Source of the DNA: Abditibacteriaceae bacterium
GTDB lineage: Bacteria; Armatimonadota; Abditibacteriia; Abditibacteriales; Abditibacteriaceae
Assembly: GCA_965277285.1 (NCBI GenBank)
Contig: OZ255721.1
Span: forward strand, 3,296,001 to 3,360,000
Reading direction: 5' to 3'
Length of the DNA: 64,000 bases
Part shown: positions 1 to 10,089 of the stretch, in pieces
Layout: each line of letters opens with the position of its first letter
Numbering within the stretch: the first letter of the stretch is position 1
Position numbers and translations under genes: made by a program
Notes under the pieces: generated by a model
Databases searched by the model: none
What the model was told of the DNA's origin: nothing
Seen by the model: only the letters and a program-made list of their open reading frames with translations

Positions 1-612
1 ACGGCGATGTACACGGGACGCCAATACGGGCAGGTTTTTGGCGGTGCGGCGCGCGACGAACATTTGGCGGAACACGCGCACGAATCGCCTTCGGTGATGA
101 CGATTCCGCTGGTGATTTTGACGATTGGTGCCGTGTTCGCCGGACTTTTGGGTTTGCCGCACATCGGTGGGTTGCCGCAAATGCACGCTCTGGCCGACTG
201 GCTCAGTCCGGTTTTCGCGCATTCGAGTACTGGAAGCAACGGCCAGGCCGCCGATGTCGCGCCGAACTTATTGATGTTGGGCGCGGGAGCCGTTATCAGT
301 TGGCTGGGTTGGATTTTAGGTTTGGGAATGGGCAAAGGCGCCAGTCGTGCTTTGCTTCCCGATTCGACCGACAAAGTCTCGCTGGATGCGGTTTATGGTA
401 CTGTTTTCGGGCGCGGCGGTTTTCGCCTGACGCAAGCCGCGCGCTGGGTTGATGAGAAAGTGATCGACGGCGTGGTCAATGGAATCGGCGGCGCGGTCGG
501 CGCGATTTCCGGTGCGCTTCGCCAAACACAGACTTCGTTCGTGCGTAACTATGCGCTGGGCATGGCGCTGGGCGCGATTGTTTTGATCGCGCTCTTCGCG
601 GTTAATCGTTAG
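1..612 (+). CDS. nuoL: NADH-quinone oxidoreductase subunit L, C-terminal part (5' end outside window)
   Basis: HAHESPSVMTIPLVIL, VDEKVIDGVVNG and LRQTQTSFVRNYAL are typical of the NuoL C-terminus; directly upstream of nuoM. Confidence 0.9.
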   Translation, partial: TAMYTGRQYGQVFGGAARDEHLAEHAHESPSVMTIPLVILTIGAVFAGLLGLPHIGGLPQMHALADWLSPVFAHSSTGSNGQAADVAPNLLMLGAGAVISWLGWILGLGMGKGASRALLPDSTDKVSLDAVYGTVFGRGGFRLTQAARWVDEKVIDGVVNGIGGAVGAISGALRQTQTSFVRNYALGMALGAIVLIALFAVNR

Positions 613-614
613 AC

Positions 615-694
615 ATCAACGAACCCGAAGCGTGAGCGACGGGTCTTCGGGAAGTTGCAAGAAGACCCGTCGCTCACGCTTCGGGTTCGTTGAT
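615..694. repeat. REP-like palindrome, family A (34-bp perfect inverted repeat)
   Basis: atcaacgaacccgaagcgtgagcgacgggtcttc (615-648) pairs with 661-694; related copy at 11437-11512. Confidence 0.85.
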
Positions 695-722
695 AACAAG
701 TTAGAAGATATAAGTTTTCGTC

Positions 723-2288
723 ATGGATTTTTTCAATCATTCGGTTTTGAGCAGCCTGATTTTCTGTCCACTGGTGGGCGCGATTTTAGTGTCGCTGTTG
801 CCGCGCAAAGTGGCGCGCGAAGGTGCGCTTGTCGTGGCGGCGATCAACCTGTTTTTCGCGTTGCATCTGGTGTTTCACTGGAACGATGCGGCTGTCGCGG
901 CGGGCAAGTTTCGCTTTGATGAAAGTGGCTCATGGTTACCGCAATTGGGCGTGACTTATCATTTAGGCGTGGATGGAATCAGTGTCGGCCTGGTTTTGCT
1001 TACCGCGTTTTTAACGCCTTTGGTTGTGCTTTCTTCATGGAAAGTGGCGCAGCGCACCAAAGAGTTTATGGTGTGCTTGCTGCTTTTGGAATCCGCTGCG
1101 ATTGGCGTTTTTTGCGCGCTCGATGTGATTTTGTTTTACATCTTCTTCGAGGCGGTTCTGGTTCCGAGTTTGTTGCTGATTGGCATCTGGGGCGGCGCGC
1201 GTCGCGCGTATGCGAGTATTAAGTTCTTCGTTTATACGATGGCGGGTAGCGTCCTGATGTGGGTGGCAATGCTGTATGTGTACTTTTCGCAGCCATCGGG
1301 TACTCGGTCTTTCGATTTGGCGGCTTTTGGCGATGCGGCGCGCACGCTGGACAGCAACAGCAACGCGGCGGTCTGGCTTTTTGCGGCGTTCGCGCTGGCT
1401 TTTGGAATTAAAGCGGCACTATTTCCCTTACATACTTGGCTGCCGGACGCTTATCCAGAAGCGCCAACCGGCGGCGCGGTGATGCTGGCGGCGGTTTTGT
1501 CGAAGATGGGTATTTATGGATTCCTGCGTTTTGCGATTCCGTTTTTCCCTGGCACGGCGCACGATTTTGCACCGCTGATTATGATTCTGGCGGTTGTCGG
1601 CATTATTTACGGCGCAATGCTGGCGATCAATCAAACCGACATCAAACGCGTCATCGCTTATTCATCGGTTTCTCACCTGGCTTTAATCGTGCTGGGCGTT
1701 TTTGCGGCGTTGAGCGCAGGCAAATACGCGGATCTGGTTTTGAGTGGCGCGACCGTGCAAATGGTTTCGCATGGGCTTTCGACCGCCGCGTTGTTCTTGC
1801 TACTGGGCGTTTTGCTGGATCGCGTGCCGCACCGCGAAATGGGCGCTTTCGGCGGCTTGGCGAGCGTAATGCCGCGCTTCACAGTTTTGTTCTGGATCGC
1901 GCTTTTCGCGTCGATTGGCTTGCCGGGATTAAGTGGTTTCGTCGGGGAATACCTGATATTTCAAGGCGTGATGGCCTCCGGTTTCTGGATGGCGGCGTTG
2001 GCCACGACGACCGTTGTTTTGGGCGCGATTTATATGCTGCGCTTGTTCCGCAATACGATGTATGGCGAAGTCGACCATAGCGAAAATGCAGCTCTGCCCG
2101 ACATCAACGCGCGCGAATTTTTCGCTGTCGCAGCGATTCTGGCGGTCATCGTGTGGATTGGCGTGGCGCCGCAAGGCTTGCTCGATATGATCGGCGCGGA
2201 CGCGAAAAATGTCGCCGCAGTCGCGCAAGCCTCACCGTCTTTAACCAAAAACAAATGGGCGGAATTGCCGCGCAAAGCTGTACAGTAA
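723..2288 (+). CDS. nuoM: NADH-quinone oxidoreductase subunit M
   Basis: YHLGVDGIS, FPLHTWLPDAY, KMGIYG, KRVIAYSSVSH and IGLPGLSGFVGE motifs. Confidence 0.96.
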   Translation: MDFFNHSVLSSLIFCPLVGAILVSLLPRKVAREGALVVAAINLFFALHLVFHWNDAAVAAGKFRFDESGSWLPQLGVTYHLGVDGISVGLVLLTAFLTPLVVLSSWKVAQRTKEFMVCLLLLESAAIGVFCALDVILFYIFFEAVLVPSLLLIGIWGGARRAYASIKFFVYTMAGSVLMWVAMLYVYFSQPSGTRSFDLAAFGDAARTLDSNSNAAVWLFAAFALAFGIKAALFPLHTWLPDAYPEAPTGGAVMLAAVLSKMGIYGFLRFAIPFFPGTAHDFAPLIMILAVVGIIYGAMLAINQTDIKRVIAYSSVSHLALIVLGVFAALSAGKYADLVLSGATVQMVSHGLSTAALFLLLGVLLDRVPHREMGAFGGLASVMPRFTVLFWIALFASIGLPGLSGFVGEYLIFQGVMASGFWMAALATTTVVLGAIYMLRLFRNTMYGEVDHSENAALPDINAREFFAVAAILAVIVWIGVAPQGLLDMIGADAKNVAAVAQASPSLTKNKWAELPRKAVQ

Positions 2289-2330
2289 GAGTAGACACTC
2301 CATAAACGGATTTAGCTTCCGAAGCCTTCA

Positions 2331-2400
2331 GTTCATTATTCTGAACGAAACGAAGAGTCTAACTATAATCAGATTTTTCACTACGCTCAGAATGACGAAC
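2331..2400. repeat. REP-like palindrome, family B (gtcattctga...tcagaatgac), degenerate copy
   Basis: Imperfect inverted repeat sharing the tcagaatgac end with copies at 4226, 27639 and 40291. Confidence 0.6.
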
Positions 2401-2470
2401 TGACAGTTTCCTACTTTGCTTCCTTGATAAAAGAAATTTCAACGTTTCGAGTACTCGATCTTCTTTTCTT

Positions 2471-4156
2471 ATGACACTCGATCAAATGTCGTCCGGATTT
2501 AATCTCGCTGTTTTGTCGCCCGAAATTCTGCTCACGGTTTTCGCGGTTCTGGTTTTGTTGGCGGGCGCTTTCCTTGATGCGAAAGCCCAGAAAACCGCCT
2601 TGCCGCTGCTGGCTTTGGTGGGCGTGGCCGCTTCGGGCGCCAGCATGCGGGCTTTGTGGAACGAAGACCTGCTCTTTGGCTCGTCGCAAAGTTCGATTTA
2701 TGTGGCAGATAATTTCGCGCTGTTCTTCAACTGGATTTTTCTGCTGGGATTGGGCGTTTCGGTTTTGCTCAGCGGACGTTTTGCTACAGCACGCGGCGGC
2801 GACCGAGGCGCAGTTTCCGGCGAATATCTCGGATTGATGATGCTCTCGACTGTCGGCATGATGTTTGTGGCCGGAGCGCGCGATCTTCTGGTCGTCTTTC
2901 TGGGCATCGAAACGCTGTCAATTGCGCTTTATGTATTGGCGGGTTTCGCGCGCACGCGCTTGATGAGCAACGAAGCGGCCTTGAAGTATTTTCTATTGGG
3001 CGCCTTTGCAACCGGCTTTTTGCTGTATGGAATCGCGCTGACGTATTACGCCACAAGCTCGACTTCGCTGCCTGTTATTGCGGCCAACCTCTCGCAGGGC
3101 GCGGTTCGTTCGCAGGGCGTTTTATACGTCGGCGTGGCGATGTTGCTGATCGGCCTGGGTTTCAAAGCGGCGTTAGTGCCTTTCCATCAATGGACGCCAG
3201 ATGTTTACGAAGGCTCGCCGACACCTGTCACAGCGTTTATGGCGACGGGCGCTAAAGCTGCCGCGTTTGCCGCCTTGATGCGTGTTTTCGGCGGAGCGTT
3301 CGCGCCTTTGGCACCGCAGCTTCATCCGTTTTTGCTGGTTTTGTCCGTCTTGACGATGACGGTCGGTAACGTGATTGCGATTTCGCAGGACAGCATAAAG
3401 CGAATGCTGGCGTATTCATCCATCGCGCACGCTGGTTATTTGCTGATGGGCGTTCTGGCCGCTTCGAGCGCGCTTTATCGTGGACAAACTGACGCCGCGC
3501 AAGGTGCGACGGCGGCGGTTTTGTTCTACCTTTTGTGCTACACGCTGATGAATCTGGGCGCCTTTGCCGTCTTGATTTATCTGGAGAACGCGCGCAGCAC
3601 ACGAGCGCGCCAATCGAGTACTGGAATGGTGGACGGCGTGCTACCGGTTTCGCCGCGCGGCGACAATTTCGATAGCGAAGACGCCAACCTGAAAATGTCG
3701 GATTTGGCGGGCTTGGGCTGGCGCGAACCGATGATGGCCGCGATGCTGACGTTGTTCTTGCTATCACTGGCGGGTATTCCTCCATTAGCCGGTTTCTTCG
3801 GAAAACTGGCGATCTTTAATAGCACCATCGGGCAGGGAATGTGGGGCTTGGTCGTCGTCGGCGCCATCAATACCGTGATTTCGGTTTACTACTATTTGCG
3901 CCCCGTTGTTTCAATGTATATGGGCGATAACGTTGGCGAAGCGGCTGCCGCGACGAGTTTGGTCGCCGCTCCATCCAGCGACGCGATTGTGCCAGGCGCA
4001 AGCGGCGAAGCAACCATCGCCGCACGTCCAATTGCTCTACCAATTGGCGCTTTGCTGGCGATTGTCCTATGCGCTGTCGCCGTCGCCGCGATGTTCATCC
4101 TGCAGACTGCCGCACTCGGCTGGGCACAAGAAGCGGCTGCATCGTTTATAAAATAA
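2471..4156 (+). CDS. nuoN: NADH-quinone oxidoreductase subunit N
   Basis: SNEAALKYFLLGA, FKAALVPFHQWTPDVYEGSP, KRMLAYSSIAHAGY and LSLAGIPPLAGFFGK. Confidence 0.96.
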   Translation: MTLDQMSSGFNLAVLSPEILLTVFAVLVLLAGAFLDAKAQKTALPLLALVGVAASGASMRALWNEDLLFGSSQSSIYVADNFALFFNWIFLLGLGVSVLLSGRFATARGGDRGAVSGEYLGLMMLSTVGMMFVAGARDLLVVFLGIETLSIALYVLAGFARTRLMSNEAALKYFLLGAFATGFLLYGIALTYYATSSTSLPVIAANLSQGAVRSQGVLYVGVAMLLIGLGFKAALVPFHQWTPDVYEGSPTPVTAFMATGAKAAAFAALMRVFGGAFAPLAPQLHPFLLVLSVLTMTVGNVIAISQDSIKRMLAYSSIAHAGYLLMGVLAASSALYRGQTDAAQGATAAVLFYLLCYTLMNLGAFAVLIYLENARSTRARQSSTGMVDGVLPVSPRGDNFDSEDANLKMSDLAGLGWREPMMAAMLTLFLLSLAGIPPLAGFFGKLAIFNSTIGQGMWGLVVVGAINTVISVYYYLRPVVSMYMGDNVGEAAAATSLVAAPSSDAIVPGASGEATIAARPIALPIGALLAIVLCAVAVAAMFILQTAALGWAQEAAASFIK

Positions 4157-4225
4157 GCTACAAAGACATTTACCCAAAGAGCAACTCACATAGAGAAGGC
4201 ATCAAGTACTAGAAAGTGATAACAA

Positions 4226-4291
4226 TGTCATTCTGAGCACGGCGAAGAATCTATATAAGAAGTTAAATTCTTTACTGCGCTCAGAATGACA
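4226..4291. repeat. REP-like palindrome, family B
   Basis: tgtcattctgagc...gcgaagaatct...gctcagaatgaca inverted repeat. Confidence 0.75.
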
Positions 4292-4368
4292 AACTCATAA
4301 TTACACGGCTTCTGTCCTTCCTGTCCTTTGTGTCTTTGTGGTTCTACCTCTTTCGAGTACTCAATTCT

Positions 4369-5010
4369 ATGATTTCGCGCATTACCGGCAAGTTGATTGA
4401 TCGTGGCGATGGCTTTCTGGTCGTCGATGTCGGCGGCCTGGCGTATCACGTCGCGGTGCCGCTGGTCGTCGAACGCGCCTTGGAAGGTACGCTCGAAGGC
4501 GAAATTCTGACGCTGGAAACGATTTACTACTTGCAAGTCGAGCAAACGCGTGCGACGCCAGTGCTCATCGGTTTTCAGAACGCGATTCAACGCGAGTTTT
4601 TCGACAAACTCTTGACGGTTCCTCGCATGGGGCCAAAGGGCGCGATGAGTGCATTCGCGCGCCCCGTTTCGACGATTGCCGCTGCCATAGAAAGCGCCAA
4701 CGACACGGTTTTGCAAAGTCTGCCCGGCGTCGGAAAGCAAAAAGCGCGCGATATGGTGGCGACGTTGCAAGGCAAATTGGCCAAGTTCGCCTTGATGCAG
4801 GACAGCGATCTGGAAAAACGCTTGGGACCAACCGCGCCTGACTTGCACGCTGTCGGCGAAGAATCGCTGCAGCTCTTAATTATGCTGGGACACAAGCGCC
4901 CCGAAGCCGAAAAAATGGTGCGCGAAGCCTTAGCGTCTGAAAAAGACGTTCCCGACGCCGAAACTCTGGTGCGCGTCATTTATCGTCGTCAGCAGGAAGC
5001 GAAGAAGTAA
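4369..5010 (+). CDS. ruvA: Holliday junction branch migration protein RuvA
   Basis: MISRITGKL...VVDVGGLAYHV OB-fold start, HhH motifs (VPRMGPKGA, LPGVGKQKA), C-terminal LIMLGHKRPEAE; start moved to ATG 4369. Confidence 0.9.
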   Translation: MISRITGKLIDRGDGFLVVDVGGLAYHVAVPLVVERALEGTLEGEILTLETIYYLQVEQTRATPVLIGFQNAIQREFFDKLLTVPRMGPKGAMSAFARPVSTIAAAIESANDTVLQSLPGVGKQKARDMVATLQGKLAKFALMQDSDLEKRLGPTAPDLHAVGEESLQLLIMLGHKRPEAEKMVREALASEKDVPDAETLVRVIYRRQQEAKK

Positions 5011-5069
5011 GCATATCTTTTCATGTTGAATGGCGAAATCGGAACAAACTGCAGAACTTCCTCTGTCAC

Positions 5070-5109
5070 AAGAAAAGCGTCTATCGAGTACTCGATAGAC
5101 GCTTTTCTT
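5070..5109. terminator. 40-bp perfect palindrome centred on TCGAGTACTCGA; probable bidirectional terminator between convergent ruvA and nuoI
   Basis: aagaaaagcgtctatcgagt|actcgatagacgcttttctt with A-rich and T-rich ends. Confidence 0.7.
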
Positions 5110-5122
5110 TGTTATAAATCAC

Positions 5123-5668
5123 TCACCAAACGCGGTCGTGATCGGGATTCTGCTCCAAGCGTTCGTCTAAGGCTTCAGAAAGCGGGTCGGGTTTGCCTTC
5201 GCCAGCGTTGACGAGCATCATTTCTTTGGTAAAGATGAAGCCGTCGCGGGTTGTCCAACTGTGCTGCTCGTCCTGCTCGTCCACCATCTTGTAATCGTGG
5301 CCAAGTTGCACGGCGCCCGTCGGGCAGGCTTCTTCGCAGTAGCCGCAGAAAATGCAGCGCAGCATATTGATTTCGTAACGCGCGGCATAACGCTCGCCGG
5401 GCGAAACGCGATTTTCCGGCGTGTTCTCCGCCGCTTCAACCCAGATCGCTTCCGCCGGACAAGCGGCGGCGCACAGGCTGCAGCCGATACATTTTTCCAA
5501 TCCGTTTTCGTATTTGTTCAAGATGTGGCGTCCGCGAAAGCGCAGAGGACGTGGTTTTTCGCGTTCGGGATATTGAACCGTCATCATTTCGCCACCCGCG
5601 ACGGTGCCCAACGCGTGGCGCAACGTGCGTCCCATGCCCTTGATGATGCCAGTCGGTAAAATCTTCAT
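5123..5668 (-). CDS. nuoI: NADH-quinone oxidoreductase subunit I
   Basis: [24 protein letters not shown] and [13 protein letters not shown] (two [4Fe-4S] motifs). Confidence 0.96.
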   Translation of the reverse strand: MKILPTGIIKGMGRTLRHALGTVAGGEMMTVQYPEREKPRPLRFRGRHILNKYENGLEKCIGCSLCAAACPAEAIWVEAAENTPENRVSPGERYAARYEINMLRCIFCGYCEEACPTGAVQLGHDYKMVDEQDEQHSWTTRDGFIFTKEMMLVNAGEGKPDPLSEALDERLEQNPDHDRVW

Positions 5669-5720
5669 AAGAATTCGTCCTTCGAGTACTCGATTCGTGC
5701 GACCAACGCCTTAAAACGCC

Positions 5721-6815
5721 TTACCAACCGCTGACGCCTTTCCAATGGTTCCACGCCGCAATCCAGACTGCCATCACGAAGATGTTGGCCAGGCTGATCG
5801 GAACCAGGCGTTTCCAGCCAAAGTTCATCAATTGATCGTAGCGGAAACGTGGCAAAGACGCGCGCAGCCAGATGTAAAGGAACAAAAACCCGAACATCTT
5901 GATGACAAAATAGACCACGCCGAGCAGCGCCATCGCAATGTGCGCCAGATTGCCGTTGTCAATGAGCAAGTGTCCGGTTTGCGGGCTGACATCGAAACTG
6001 ACGCCCGGGCCGCTCCAGCCTCCGAAGAACAACGTCGTCGCCAGCGCGGAAACCGTCACCATGTTGACGTATTCGGCCATAAAAAACATGGCGAACTTGA
6101 AGCTGGAATATTCCGTGTGAAAACCCGCCACCAATTCGCTTTCCGCTTCGGCCAAGTCGAACGGCGCGCGGTTCGTTTCGGCAATGCCGCAGATAATATA
6201 AACTAGAAACGCCACAAACATCGTCGGCGCGCGGAAAATGTTCCAGGCGAAAATGTTCAGGCCGCCACCTGCGTATTGGCGCTCGACAATTTCGCGCAAG
6301 TCTAGCGTTTGCGTGATCATCAGCAGCGCGATGATGGACAACCCCATTCCCAGTTCGTAGGAAATCATCTGCGAGGCCGAGCGAATCGCGCCCATCAGCG
6401 AATATTTGTTATTGCTCGCCCAACCCGCCAGCGCAATCGCATAAACCGCCAGCGACGACAGCGCAAGCGAGTAGAGCAGCGAATTGTTCAAATCGGTGAT
6501 GCGCGTCCACGAAGCCGGGCCAAACGGAATCACGGCGCACGCCAGCAGCGCCGGAACCATCGCCATAAAAGGCGCCAGAAAATACAGCGTTTTATCGACA
6601 CCGGCGGGCGTGATGTCTTCTTTCATCATCAGCTTGACGGCATCGGCAATCGGTTGCATCAAGCCCAGCGGACCCGTCCGGTTCGGCCCGACGCGCAATT
6701 GGAAATACGCGACGATCTTGCGCTCCAGATAAATCAGGGCGGGAACCATCGTCATCACGCCGGCGAAAATGACGACGACCTTGATGAACATCAACACGAA
6801 ATCTAAAAATGTCAC
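5721..6815 (-). CDS. nuoH: NADH-quinone oxidoreductase subunit H
   Basis: ERKIVAYFQLRVGPNR, QPIADAVKL, AETNRAPFDLAEAESELVAGFHTEYS and PRFRYDQLM; GTG start at 6815 after a GAGG SD is inferred. Confidence 0.95.
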   Translation of the reverse strand: MTFLDFVLMFIKVVVIFAGVMTMVPALIYLERKIVAYFQLRVGPNRTGPLGLMQPIADAVKLMMKEDITPAGVDKTLYFLAPFMAMVPALLACAVIPFGPASWTRITDLNNSLLYSLALSSLAVYAIALAGWASNNKYSLMGAIRSASQMISYELGMGLSIIALLMITQTLDLREIVERQYAGGGLNIFAWNIFRAPTMFVAFLVYIICGIAETNRAPFDLAEAESELVAGFHTEYSSFKFAMFFMAEYVNMVTVSALATTLFFGGWSGPGVSFDVSPQTGHLLIDNGNLAHIAMALLGVVYFVIKMFGFLFLYIWLRASLPRFRYDQLMNFGWKRLVPISLANIFVMAVWIAAWNHWKGVSGW

Positions 6816-6915
6816 AGTTTTCAGCCTCTTTTTTAATAGCCACAAAGAACACAGAGTTCACAAAGAAGAGAACAGGGGAATCGAGTACTCGAAGTTGGTA
6901 GATAGTTGGCGCCTG

Positions 6916-6943
6916 GTAGGGGCGAGGCATGACTCGCCCCTAC
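6916..6943. repeat. GTAG-type REP-like palindrome, family E
   Basis: gtaggggcgaggcatgactcgcccctac; related to 33808, 36271 and 52295. Confidence 0.75.
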
Positions 6944-6952
6944 ATTTCAATT

Positions 6953-9610
6953 TCAACCTGCCGCAACCGGATTTTCCTGATGCTCGGTCGGCGCGCTCTG
7001 AGCGACGCCTTCGGCATGACCATCGGCAACGAACGACTCATCCGTCGGTTCAATGTCGATAATCGCTTCGTCTTCGGGCGTTTCTTCGGGTTCGACATAG
7101 GGCTTGGGCGCGTCCGCGATTTTGGTCAGCGTCGCAAACGTCGGCGCGCCATCTAACAATTGATTGACATTGAACTGGCGCAAGCGCGTCGGCATCCAAA
7201 TCGTGCCTTCTTTGACGCTGCGCCCGACCTTCGCCAGCATTTGCACGCTGCCGCGATTTGTTTTGACTTCAACCGTCGCTTTGTTTTCGATACCCAGTTT
7301 GCGCGCATCTACTCGTGCGATTTGCACAAACGGCATTGGAACGACACGACTCAAGCGGTCGCAATAACCAAAACTTTCGCCGCCGTCCATCAACAACGCG
7401 CCGTGCAAAACCTGAAACTCGCCTTCGTTTCGCGTACTCGATGGCGCTTCATAAGTCACCGCGACGAACTGCGACGTTGCCTTTTGCGCTTGCGGCAAAG
7501 CGCGAAAACGCTGCGTCCATTCCGACACGTTGCGCACGCCGGAATCTTTGCCCAAAAGCTGCATCAATTTGGTGAAGATTAACCAATCGGGCGCGCAGGC
7601 CGACAAAGTTGCGCCCTGAGCGTCGCGGCGTTCGCGCGGGCGAAACGCTTGCTTCAAAGCCTGAACCTGTCCGGCGAAGTTCGTCGTCGTGCCGTCTTGT
7701 TCCAAAAAAGTCGCGGCGGGTAAAACGACATCGGCGTAAGGCGTCAGTTCGTTCTCGAACAAGGTTTGCACGATCACGAACGTGTTTTCGAGTGCCTTTT
7801 CCGCAATCGCGTAATCGCGCGCGCCATTTAAAGGATTGTTCGCCGCGATGAACAACGTCTTGATTTCGCCTCTGACCGCGCTTTCGAGTACTCGATTTCC
7901 ATCTAAACCGTTTACGCTCGGCGTCAAACCGGCGCGGCGCGCACCGACAGCGTTCGCACCGCTATTCAGCACAACAACGTAATCGCTGCGACCTTTCAAC
8001 GTCGCCAAGTTTTGCAACGCTTGCAAGGTTTCAGGCGACGAGTTCGCGCCAACCAGAACGAACAAGCGTTCGCTTTTGGCAATCGCGCCCGCGGCATCGC
8101 GCAAGGCGGTTTCATCGACGCCGGTCAATTCCGCGCTTCGAGTACTCGAATACGCACTCAGGTTTTGCGCCCATGCGTCACTGCCGTTCAAGGTTTGCAG
8201 TTTTTCGCTTTGCGCCGGTTCGTTCGTCCAACTCGCGTGAATTTCTTTCGCCAAACCGTTCAGCAATGCGACTTCGCTGTTCTGATTATGAATGAAAACC
8301 TGTTTCGCCAAACGGTCGAGCGGCGTTTTATACGCGTTGCAATTGACCACGTGCGCCTTGCGTTGGAACGCGGCTTTCTTCAAGCGCAAGTCCAAAATCG
8401 GCAATTCTTCGTTCGGGTTGGCGCCGACAACGAGAATCACGTCCGCCATTTCCAGTTCTTCATAGAACGCAATCGGCGGCTTGCCGGGTGTTGCAATTTG
8501 CGGCGAAAAACTGGCGTCGATGTTCGGCGTGCCGACGACATCGCGGAACAAAGTCGCCATCGACAGCGCGCCTTCGTTCGTCAATTTCCCGCTACCAATC
8601 GCGCCGATTTGTTCTTTCGGCGTGTTCTTCAACTTGTCCGCGACAATTTGCAACGCTTCGTCCCACGTCGCGGGAACCAATCTGCCGTCGCGCTTCACCA
8701 AAGGCTGCGTCAAACGCGCGTCCTGATCGACATAATCCAGGCCAAAACGGTCGCGGTCAGAAATCCAGCATTCGTTAATCGCTTCGTTGTCGCGCGGAAT
8801 GATGCGCGCCAAAGTTTCGTTGCGCTGACTGACGAAAATGTTGGTGCCGCTGCCGTCCGCCATCGAAACCGTCGGCACATTCTTCAATTCCCACACGCGC
8901 GCCTTGAAACGAAAATCGCGCGAAGTCAAAGCGCCAACCGGACAAATATCAATCGTGTTGCCCGAATAATGCGAATCGAACGGCGGATCGCTCAGTGTAT
9001 CGATCATCGTCTTGGAGCCGCGCGCCACCAGTTCGAGTACCGGATCTTGCGCGATTTCGTCCTGAAAACGCGTGCAGCGTGCGCATTGGATGCAGCGTTC
9101 GCGGTCGAGCGTAATCAGTTCCGAAAGCGGATAATCCTTGCTCATGTCCTTGCGCAAGGAATACATATCTTGCACACGCGACAAGCCACGTGCATACGCC
9201 ATGCTCTGGTCTTGCAGCATGCATTCGCCGCCCTTATCGCAAACCGGACAATCGAGCGGGTGATTGGCGAGGAAAAACTCCAAAACCCCTTCACGCATTT
9301 TGATGACGGCGGGCGTTTCTGAAAGAATAACCATGCCTTCCGCCGCTTGCGTGGTGCACAACGTTTGCGGCTTGGGCATCATCGCAATCGCGGGCGTGCC
9401 GTCTTCGTTCAAGGCGGGCGTCTTGTCGGGATTCATTTTCGGCATTCCGACTTCGGCCAGGCACATACGGCACATTCCGACCGCCGAAAGTTTCGGATGA
9501 TAGCAAAAGCGCGGCACGTCGATGCCGATTTGCGTCGCCGCTTCGATGACCAGCGTGCCTTTGGGAACGCTGACTTTTTGTCCGTCGATTGTGATGTTGA
9601 CCAATGCCAT
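6953..9610 (-). CDS. nuoG: NADH-quinone oxidoreductase subunit G
   Basis: PRFCYHPKL...GMCRMC, NHPLDCPVCDKGGEC, RCIQCARCTRF, DICPVGALT and a molybdopterin-oxidoreductase-like C-terminus. Confidence 0.96.
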   Translation of the reverse strand: MALVNITIDGQKVSVPKGTLVIEAATQIGIDVPRFCYHPKLSAVGMCRMCLAEVGMPKMNPDKTPALNEDGTPAIAMMPKPQTLCTTQAAEGMVILSETPAVIKMREGVLEFFLANHPLDCPVCDKGGECMLQDQSMAYARGLSRVQDMYSLRKDMSKDYPLSELITLDRERCIQCARCTRFQDEIAQDPVLELVARGSKTMIDTLSDPPFDSHYSGNTIDICPVGALTSRDFRFKARVWELKNVPTVSMADGSGTNIFVSQRNETLARIIPRDNEAINECWISDRDRFGLDYVDQDARLTQPLVKRDGRLVPATWDEALQIVADKLKNTPKEQIGAIGSGKLTNEGALSMATLFRDVVGTPNIDASFSPQIATPGKPPIAFYEELEMADVILVVGANPNEELPILDLRLKKAAFQRKAHVVNCNAYKTPLDRLAKQVFIHNQNSEVALLNGLAKEIHASWTNEPAQSEKLQTLNGSDAWAQNLSAYSSTRSAELTGVDETALRDAAGAIAKSERLFVLVGANSSPETLQALQNLATLKGRSDYVVVLNSGANAVGARRAGLTPSVNGLDGNRVLESAVRGEIKTLFIAANNPLNGARDYAIAEKALENTFVIVQTLFENELTPYADVVLPAATFLEQDGTTTNFAGQVQALKQAFRPRERRDAQGATLSACAPDWLIFTKLMQLLGKDSGVRNVSEWTQRFRALPQAQKATSQFVAVTYEAPSSTRNEGEFQVLHGALLMDGGESFGYCDRLSRVVPMPFVQIARVDARKLGIENKATVEVKTNRGSVQMLAKVGRSVKEGTIWMPTRLRQFNVNQLLDGAPTFATLTKIADAPKPYVEPEETPEDEAIIDIEPTDESFVADGHAEGVAQSAPTEHQENPVAAG

Positions 9611-9664
9611 GAAAATGTTCCTGCTTCGTATCGAGTACTCGATTCGCTTGACTATTTATGAAAT

Positions 9665-10069
9665 CTAATTTGTTTCAACGTCGAAAGAGAATTCGTCTGA
9701 GACATCGGGTTTTGAACTGACATAATGGCGATATTTTAGTGTGTGATTTCGCCAACCTTCAATGTGAGAAAAATTCGCCACCTTTGAGATAAATTTGTCT
9801 TGTAAGTGAACAACGACTAATTCAACTGGTAGATTTCTTGTCACAGCCAGATATTTCCCGTCTTCCGTTATTGCCAGATTCCTTCCCCAGTACAAATGTT
9901 CTGACAATAAAATGTCGTCCAAATACAGATGATATTGGAAATCACCGTGTGGCGGCTCAGTCAGATATTTGAACCGCATTTCGACCTTCATTTGTGGATG
10001 CGACACCAAAGTGTCCCAGTTCCAAATACTGAACTTCGTCCCATTGATCGGTGCTGCAACTGTTTCCAT
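9665..10069 (-). CDS. Hypothetical protein (AT-richer, foreign-looking)
   Basis: 134-aa ORF from ATG 10069, 3 nt after a palindrome copy; no family recognised. Confidence 0.6.
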   Translation of the reverse strand: METVAAPINGTKFSIWNWDTLVSHPQMKVEMRFKYLTEPPHGDFQYHLYLDDILLSEHLYWGRNLAITEDGKYLAVTRNLPVELVVVHLQDKFISKVANFSHIEGWRNHTLKYRHYVSSKPDVSDEFSFDVETN

Positions 10070-10089
10070 AATTCGAGTACTCGAACTGT

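Noticed and set aside
4369..5109. Functional link between RuvA and the adjacent cruciform-prone palindrome
   Set aside because: Adjacency alone is not evidence; a terminator role explains the position
8012..9322. 436-aa plus-strand ORF
   Set aside because: Antisense shadow of nuoG with no recognisable motifs
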